A stretch of DNA of 63,650 bases, filler included, from Octopus bimaculoides (Eukaryota): assembly GCF_001194135.2 (NCBI RefSeq). It is 8 parts of 8 records of this genome, joined end to end, with 100 filler letters (N's around TTAATTAATTAA, not from the genome) between each part and the next. Parts side by side here need not be neighbours in the genome. Positions count along the whole stretch, not along the records: positions 53,851 to 60,707 come from NW_026438880.1; positions 60,808 to 62,070 come from NW_026435861.1; positions 62,171 to 63,650 come from NW_026416926.1; 5 more parts are not named here. One strand, written 5' to 3'. The notes below the pieces were generated by a model. It did no database searches and was not told the origin of the DNA. It worked only from the letters and a program-made list of their open reading frames with translations. Positions 55,331 through 63,650 of the stretch are shown here, in pieces (within the stretch, counting starts at the first letter, position 1; the number at the start of each line of letters is the position of its first letter). The position numbers and the translations under genes are program-made.

Positions 55331-57589
55331 ACAGCTACAAAACTGAATTGATGATGATAATGAAGATGATGAGTAAAATTTATGTTTATTAATAAACAGT
55401 ATTTTACTTTTATGAGACGTTTCTGGCATCAATGGTCAACTGATGACCACAATGCTTTTGCTCAATTTTCTTTATAAAACTCAATATTTAAGCTTACAAC
55501 AAGATAGACTCACATTCCTAAATCTCCTCTCTTTACATAATTCAACAATTCTGGATCTGCACAAAATAGATCATTTTTTTCTGTATCTCCTTCCTCTATT
55601 TAAATATCCTGCATGATGTGACAATTCTACGATTATCTCATTTCCTTATCACCTGATAAGAAATTTTCACTTAATTTTATCTTTCATCTCTTATATCTCT
55701 GCCAAATTTATGACTTGGCATTGTTCTCTCACCTCTACACCTCTGCATAACTCCAATGTGAACCAAGTTGATCATCAGAGATCTAGCCGCAAGAATATGA
55801 AAGACCACCTGAATTAGAGTAAACAAGACACCGTGCATTTTGTTAAACAATGATTTGTTTTACACAGGTAGAACAGAAAGTGGTACTAGCCCTCCTGAAG
55901 CACAGAAGACTTGATACTCAAGAATTCTAATCTATATATCAATCAAAGTTTTTCATCTTTTTGATGTCCTTTCTATCAATATGGTGGATCGTGATATGGT
56001 GAAACGCAGCAAATTTCAGAACACAATATTTATTCCCTTGCAGAATCGTTTAACTGACAGAAACCGATTTTCAGATGCCTTTGTTAGAATAAAAACATTA
56101 CAAGGAATATGTAAACCTATTCAATCAAACTCCATCACCACTACTATACAAAATTTGTCACTAATGCTAATTGAGATCAACTAATTGAAAATATCTCTGC
56201 ACGATTTATAAAGTGCATCTAAATAACGTCAAATAATTATCCAGAATGTTTCACAACATATTGTTTCCTATGGAATGAAGCTAAGGCACAGTACCATCTG
56301 GACCTTAGTAAACTATGGACGTCAATAATCCCAGTTTTTAGGGATGTGGTCTTGTACCCAAGAAAGACGGCAAAATTATATAAGGAGTAGCAAGTTATAA
56401 ATTGTTAGGTGAGGGTACAAGATGATGCTATGAGAAAATCAGTTTACATTTCTGACATAGGCGTGTGAGAACGGTAATGGATGTTGTGTTATTAAATGTC
56501 ATGTTAATGGTGATATGAGAAGTAGAACAGCACACTGACTAACATTACGGTACAAGATAGATTGTATATAATCTGACTGAAGAACATCTGACGCTCATTG
56601 CAATGATTGCGTCTCACCGCAGTTGATATTATGGTAGTGCCACGAACAATCACAGAAATATCTTAACAGGACCAGTGCGAAATACTGATTGTAATTCATT
56701 TCCCTGGTCAAATAAGAATGGCAAGGTTCCATGGGTTAATTTAAAGGAAACAATAAAGTCAGAACAAAAACCAAATTGTTAAAGACAAAACAAAACTGGG
56801 TCTCTATTAGGATTAATATCATTAACAAACCAACAAGTGTGAGTATATAAATGTTTATATGAATAGTGTTATCCAAAAAATGCCACACGATCACGTGACC
56901 CGAATGGACTATCAGATGTCGTTTCACATTGCTGATCACAATACGCTATGCATTGTTGTAGCCTTCAAATGACACCAATCCGTTGGTTAATCAACATTCC
57001 CCTATTCCTGGTCGAGAGAGGGGTCTAGAGCAACGTGAAATGATGTGCCCGGTCTGGGAATCGAACCCATGTTCAAATGATTGCGAGTGCAATAGCCTAA
57101 CGACTAGGCTACGCACCTTCACTCACTAATGTTGGCCCTTAAACTCCCAGTTGAGATTTTGTCATTGAATCTCCTACTTTACCAAAGCTGAGACGGATGT
57201 CTTTAATTATCAGCTCCGCATTACACTGATAAATCATTAATCACCTCTCATCACTCACAATTGAAAGTAAAATATTTATGTTTACAGATAGAACATTGGA
57301 GATTTATTGACATTTCACTTAATCACTATTTATCATTCATTACCATTGATTAGTCTTATGTTGCAGACCACAACATTCTTGAAGCGTGACAAGTCTTAAA
57401 ATTAGATAAAGACAATATGTTGTCGTGGATGAAGTGATGGATTTACTATCACAAAGAAAAGACCTCAGGAACACCTGTCATAAATCTGTCACATTATGAC
57501 ATAACTAGGTCTACACAAAAGTATGAAGCACCTTATTCCACACAATAAGGTCAATAAGACAACAGACAGAGACCCAAAGATTATCTTAC

Positions 57590-57732
57590 CAAATCCAGTT
57601 TTGCTGAGTGTGTATTGTCGACACATGGGGCATTTCTTAAATGTCATTTCAGAACAGCAGTTCTCGCAGAGAACAACATGTCCACATGGTTGCAGTGTGA
57701 CAGTGGCTATTTTCTCTTGACAGTAGCGACAT
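57590..57732 (-). CDS. C3HC4 RING-finger exon of an MIB/IAP-type E3 ubiquitin ligase (CRYCQEKIATVTLQPCGHVVLCENCCSEMTFKKCPMCRQYTLSKTGF)
   Basis: Complete C-x2-C...PCGH...C-x2-C...CPxCR pattern. Minus-strand ttttcttccatag acceptor and G|gtaaga donor; 143 nt, phase 2-1. The gene itself is not identifiable. Confidence 0.88.
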
Positions 57733-58041
57733 CTATGGAAGAAAATATAAACACATTTCATCAATAACATTCATTTATTACAATCATTAAATGGTATACA
57801 TGTTTACAGTACAAAATATTATGAAACTTTGCGGTGTCTCACAATTTCTGTTTTAAGCAACCACGTTCGGACAGATTTATGTGTATATAAGTGCTATGCA
57901 GACGCATACACGTATATATTTATATAGATATTGTTAAATATATGTCTTGACTCTGATACATCACAAAAGCAGGTGGACACACAGTGCACTGCATATATTT
58001 CTGAACAAAAAAATATATATACACAAGTTTGTGTCTATATA

Positions 58042-58835
58042 CGAGGTCTGATCAATAAGTATCTCGACTTTTGCTATTAGTAACGAAGCAAAAACATGCA
58101 GAGTGAAGCCGCTTGGCAAAGATTGATCTCAACCTGTGCTGTACATGCGCACTAATTTTTGATGTTCTAGCTCACCTCCGTTGTTTACAGCAGTACTTGG
58201 AGGGCTACGCAAAGTGGCAGAAAGTGTATGGAGAGGAGTGTATGAGCGACACACACGTGTACGAGTGGTTCAGACATTTCAAAGATGGCCGAAAAATATT
58301 GACGAACATTCTGGGAGATCTGCAATGAGCAGAACTGAGAAAAACATCGCTGAGGTACTTGCAGTTGTGTGGGTAAACCGTCGAATCACCATCCTTGAAT
58401 TACCAGAGGATGTGCAGGTTAGCTACAATTCAGCCCATAATCACTGAAGATTTGGGTACGAAACCCGTGTCTACTACATTTGTGCCAAAACTGCATTCAG
58501 CTGACCAACAAGACACTCGGGTTTCAGTTGTACAAAATGTCCTTGATTGTGTCAGCCACGATGTAAACTTTTAGAAAACTTCGCATAGGCCTCTGAGCAG
58601 GTGTCACCAAGCTTTTAACAAACTTTGATGCAGATTCTCTGCTCAACTTTCTATATAATGGTCAATGTGATGATCACACGCTACACACCTTCCTTCCAAG
58701 CACTGCTGTAAACAGCAGAAGTGCACTTGAACGTTAAAACAGAGATAAAGTTCAATCTGTGTCAAGGAACCTCACACTGTGTGCTTTAGCTTTGTTACTA
58801 TGGCAACAGTCTGGATACTTATTGACGCTTATTCA
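58042..58835 (+). mobile_element. Internally deleted mariner (HTH region only)
   Basis: TIRs share tcaataagtatc..gact.ttgc.atagtaac.aagc with TA flanks. VYGEECMSDTHVYEWFRHFKDGR..HSGR, RRITILEL. Confidence 0.88.
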
Positions 58836-59549
58836 TACTTCATTGTATCTAATCTGTTTAACAAGTCCTCCAAATTTAGACATCTGGTTTTGAATTTTAT
58901 GGATGGAGAGACTGGACACATTTGCTATAGCTTCATATAAACGAGATCGATGTAACAAAACAAGTCACTGCTCTAAAATAGAAGAATGCTCTGAGAATAC
59001 AATACAATGTATATGTACAAAACTGGAGAACATTATAAAAATTGATGAGTTGACTGCAATAAATGCCATGTTTCTATGCATCATTAACTTCCTGATGACT
59101 TATGGTTGTATGATCCCCTCGGTAGCTGGTCCGTGTGTCTTCCCCCACCATTGCAGTCGAACAAAATCTGGCCATCCACAGGAAAATTCTAAACATTTGT
59201 TGTGATGGTTATTAAAAACAAAGTTCCTTACATAGTCATACATTGAAGGATCATAAAAGAAACCATTGGGTAGAAATCTGCACCTAGTGATATCTAAATC
59301 CAAGGTTATTGAGAAATAAACCACTGAATCTGCAACACATGATGTAATTGTTATTGGTGTACCTAAAGAAATCATTGATCTATAAACATGTTTTGACAAC
59401 TTGTCCACTTCAAATGTATTTCCCCCAAAAAGGTTATCTGCCTAAGTTGATTGGATCAAAACCTAGATGTGCATACTGTTTGGTCTCCGCTAATCTTTCC
59501 TTTTTAATGTTTATAATGGATAAACACACAATATAATGATATCTACCCA

Positions 59550-60275
59550 ATGTATTGGTGAGATAAAATATGTAATAGTTACCAAAATAGCAAAAATTCG
59601 TCCATAAAGGTCTATAGTAAACTTCTTATGGAACAAAAAAAGCAATATTCGTTAGAATGGTCAATTATTGGAAAATCTTTGCCTTATGACAAAGGTAAGA
59701 GATATTGCTCGCTGTGTAATCTAGAATTATTTTTATATTGTTTTCTAAGGGTAAGTTAATAAATAAACTCACATACAATGCTTTCAGATGTAGCCATTTT
59801 CTTAGGCATACGTTTTTGTGGTTTTAATAAATTATAAATTTCAGTATGATCGGGTATTATAATATAATATTAGGTTTAAAAGACAGGATATATTAACTGT
59901 ATGATTTATCATTAATAATCTAATTGTATATTTGTAAAGTTTCTAGAGATAATATAATATAGATTTCTATTAGTTTAGAACTTATTACAAGGAATCAATA
60001 ATTTGTGTTACTTGATTGTTTATAATTAATAATATTATTAGGGTTTTCTCCCTTAGACGGACTTTTATTTGAGGAGGAATTTGAATATGGATCAGCCTTA
60101 GAGATGATAGTTTTTTTTTTTGGTGTTAACTTTTTACCCTGAGGATGTGTAAGGTAATTTACTTATTTAACTTGAATTAAGAGTTGAATTTGACCTTATA
60201 CAGAAATGTTGACATAGGTAATAAACTTTAATATATATGGATATTAGCGTCAAAACTCTTATTAAAATTTTTGAT
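59550..60275. mobile_element. AT-rich Penelope-like remnants in inverted arrangement
   Basis: + strand 59570-59760 reads YSLEWSIIGKSLPYDKGKRYCSLCNLE (GIY-YIG C-terminus). - strand ~59850-60275 resembles 63290-63560. Confidence 0.65.
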
Positions 60276-60650
60276 ATATATATATATATATATATATATG
60301 AAGTTGCATGGCTCCGTGGTTAGAGCGCCGGGTTCACACTTATAGGGTAGTGAGTTCGATTCCCAGACTAAGCTATGTGTTGTGTGCTTGAGCAAGACAC
60401 AATATGTCCATGTTATTCCAGTTCAATCAGCTGTAGAACTGAGTTGTGATGTCACTGGTGTCAAGCTGCATATTAGCCCTTGCCTTTCTCTTGGATAATA
60501 TCGGTGACATAGAGAGTGGAGGCTAGCATGCATAAGCTACTGCTGGTCTTCTATAAAAAATTATCCGGGCTTGTGCCTCGGAGAGTAACATTCTAGGTGC
60601 CCTACGATGGTCATTCGTGACCAAAGGAGGTCTTTACTCTTTATATACAT

Positions 60651-60707
<57 letters not shown>

Positions 60708-61622
60708 NNNNNNNNNNNNNNNNNNNNNNNNNNNNNNNNNNNNNNNNNNNNTTAATTAATTAANNNNNNNNNNNNNNNNNNNNNNNNNNNNNNNNNNNNN
60801 NNNNNNNATATATATATATATATGTATGTATAGGCTTATACACGCACACACACACGCACACATACACACACGCTGGTACGCACTCACACACACACATATG
60901 CATGTAAGTACATCTCTCTTCATATATGTGTACATCATATATGTATATATAAGCATGTATGTGTATGTATATGTATATATGTATAGATATGTTATGTATA
61001 CATACATACATATATATGTGTGTGTATGTGCGTGTATTTTTGTGTTTGTATTTGTGTGTGTGTTTGTGTGTATATGTGTGAGTGAACGAGTGCGTACATG
61101 TTTGAATGAGATTATACATGATGTAGTGATTTCGTTCACGTAGACTGGGAAATTGAAAATTGTCTAAGTAGATTGATCAGAGAAGAGAAAAGATGGCAGT
61201 AAAAGTTTGCTATCATTCTTGCTGAGCTAGTGATTTTGCGGATAAGCTCTTCTATCTGAATTACATGTTTCCTAGCGAACAAGTTCATGCACTCAGTTTT
61301 TTTTTGTTCGCAGAGCATCATTTAGAAGGTTGTCTAGGAATTTTCATTGCTAGCTTAAGCTAATCATATAATATCTAAAAGCTGTTTGTATATCTGTAGA
61401 TTTTTGTGCATATACTAGCAAATTTACTCTGTTTCAGAGATTTGCATTGGCAGACGTGCTCCATATATGCTGAATTAATAAATCAGGAGCAGCTATATGT
61501 CATCTAAAACTTCTAAATTCTAAAATATAAAAATTAAAAAATAATCCATAAAGTTTGATTCAAAACTTTGGTGATGCAATCTGTATGGCGTTTACATATC
61601 TGTGTGTTTGTGTGTTTGTATG

Positions 61623-61658
<36 letters not shown>

Positions 61659-61734
61659 CCTATCTATCTATCTATCTATCTAGCTAGCTAGCTAGCTAGC
61701 TAGCTAGATAGATAGATAGCTAGAAAGCTGTCTG

Positions 61735-61785
<51 letters not shown>

Positions 61786-61799
61786 GACTGCCTGCCTGC

Positions 61800-61879
<80 letters not shown>

Positions 61880-62170
61880 TGATCGATCAATCGATCGATC
61901 GCGCTATAGATCGTCCTATATTTCTGTCTGTCTGTCTCATTTGTTGTCTCACTATCCCTCTCTTTCTTGTCTCATTCTCTCTTTCTCTGTCTGTGTGTCT
62001 GTCTGTCTCATCCATCCATCCATCCATCTATCCATCCATCCATCCATTCATCCATCCATCCATCCATCCANNNNNNNNNNNNNNNNNNNNNNNNNNNNNN
62101 NNNNNNNNNNNNNNTTAATTAATTAANNNNNNNNNNNNNNNNNNNNNNNNNNNNNNNNNNNNNNNNNNNN

Positions 62171-63595
62171 ATCAGATCTAGGTAAATTAAGTAAGATCAT
62201 TTTAGATAAATATATTAATAAATTAAATTAAATTAATTAACTTAAACTTTGGAATAGTTCTAATGATACTTTAAAATGATTTAATGATATTAAATATAAA
62301 AATAGATATAAAATCATACAGATAGATATAGATAATTCTTCTCCTTCTATTAATGAGATTGTCCTCAATAAGGCCCTAATTTATGCAATGAATAAGGTAG
62401 GTATGACTTATGATGAAGTTAATGTAATAAAAACTGTTAGGAAATCGTTGATTAGATATAATATTAAATCGTGGGCTAGGAAGAATACTATACCTATAGG
62501 GGCACCCGATTCTGCACAGGCAACTGATTTAGTGGGTATTTATTTATTATCAGAACTTCAATTAGAAAAATTAAAGTTGGAGGATGGTTTGTATAGGGAT
62601 GACCTTTTATTAACAACTAAAGATTGCACCAATAGAACATTAGAATTATATAAGAAACTATATAGTTTTTTTTAAAGATATGGATTAAGCATAACTTTAT
62701 ATAATGAGAACTATAATGTTAATTACTTAGATGCTAATTTGAATTTAATAACAGGTAAGACTCAAACATTCCATAAAATTAATGAAAATATTAGATATAT
62801 TAATGCTAATAGTAATCATCCACCCTTGATTAAAAAATCGTTGACAGATAATATAGGTTAAAGAATATCGTTGCTTTCTTCTAATTTTGAGATTTTCCAA
62901 AAACATGCACCTTATAATGACACCCTGAGGGAAGTAGGATATAATAATATTAAATTCTTTAATAATTCTAAATATAATTATAATATAAAAGATTATAATT
63001 TCAATGATTCCTGTTTTTTATAATAATAAACCTAACATAAATATTTTTATTTTTATTTAGGTAATTATAGAGTTAATAATAGGGATTATGATAATATAAA
63101 ACATAAATATAATAATAGTAGACTAAAAAATAAGATTAAATTTAATATTTTTATTGATAATAATAAATTTTATAATATGAAAAATAAATGTGATAATATA
63201 AATAATAAGAACAAAATTTGGCTAATTATTCCTTATGGAGCACAAGTTAAAACAAAAATTATTAAAGAGATTTTAAATATAACTGAGGTATTCATTAGAG
63301 ATAATAAAAAATTTAATAACATTTTTTCTAGTGATAATTTTGGAGTTGGTTACTCTACTACTAATAATGTTGGTAATATTTCTTCTCTTAGTAAATTTAA
63401 GCTGAATAAGTTTTACAAAAACAAATCAAGTAATTATTTCAATAATAATAATACAGACCAGAAAATAATCAATTGTACATGTAGAGATAAAAATAAATGT
63501 AAATTTAATAATAATTGTAATTTGGAGGATGTAGTATATAAATGTGTAGTGACTTTGCTTGATGATAATAGTATGGATGGTCATGATTTAAATAC
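62171..63595 (+). mobile_element. Very AT-rich, decayed Penelope-like element (RT + start of GIY-YIG)
   Basis: DLVGIYLLSEL, GLYRDDLL, VNYLDANLNL, YINANSNHPP, KIWLIIPYG, CTCRDKNKC, VVYKCVV. Confidence 0.88.
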
Positions 63596-63650
63596 TATTT
63601 ACGTTGCCAGGGCCCCTGGACTGGCTCTTGTGCGGGTGGCACATAAGATG

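Noticed and set aside
55514-55556. Possible minus-strand exon DPELLNYVKRGDLG with gtgagt donor
   Set aside because: Weak polypyrimidine tract within purine-rich decayed sequence, with no homology to support it.
56736-56939. KRHLIVHSG resembling a C2H2 zinc-finger linker
   Set aside because: No upstream Cys pair; lies in the body of a minus-strand SINE.
61136-61321. 61-aa minus-strand ORF as an upstream exon of the RING gene
   Set aside because: No recognisable ankyrin or MIB motif and no good donor site.

Overview
AT-rich, microsatellite- and transposon-dense animal genomic DNA from a gapped short-read assembly. The repeat families look like those of octopus/coleoid cephalopods; this is inference from recall, not a database result. 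There are no rRNA, true tRNA or CRISPR features. Host genes: (1) Four canonical GT-AG exons on + (26417-26476, 33630-33757, 38263-38431, 42454-42527) splice in frame to the PH-like/linker region of a CARMIL (LRRC16/RLTPR-family) protein. The earlier exons and the first LRR exon could not be found in the window. (2) One clean C3HC4 RING exon on - (57590-57732) of an MIB/IAP-type E3 ligase. Nearly all other long ORFs in the track are artefacts of simple repeats, N-gaps or TE fossils. Mobile DNA includes several SINE families, mariner/Tc1 elements, a Helitron, CR1/L2-like, RTE, R4/Dong-like and L1/Tx1-like LINEs, and Penelope-like elements. The most unusual structures are a ~0.9 kb palindromic Tc1 derivative built from two 3' ends, a foldback element with a (TTAGGG)n-(CCCTAA)n core, an apparently ORF1-only L1/Tx1-like element, two LINE/SINE shared 3' tails, and a CpG-depleted domain tracking the CARMIL gene body. 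I did not find convincing evidence of a wholly new biological system. Exon and TIR coordinates were counted base by base; other repeat boundaries are approximate.
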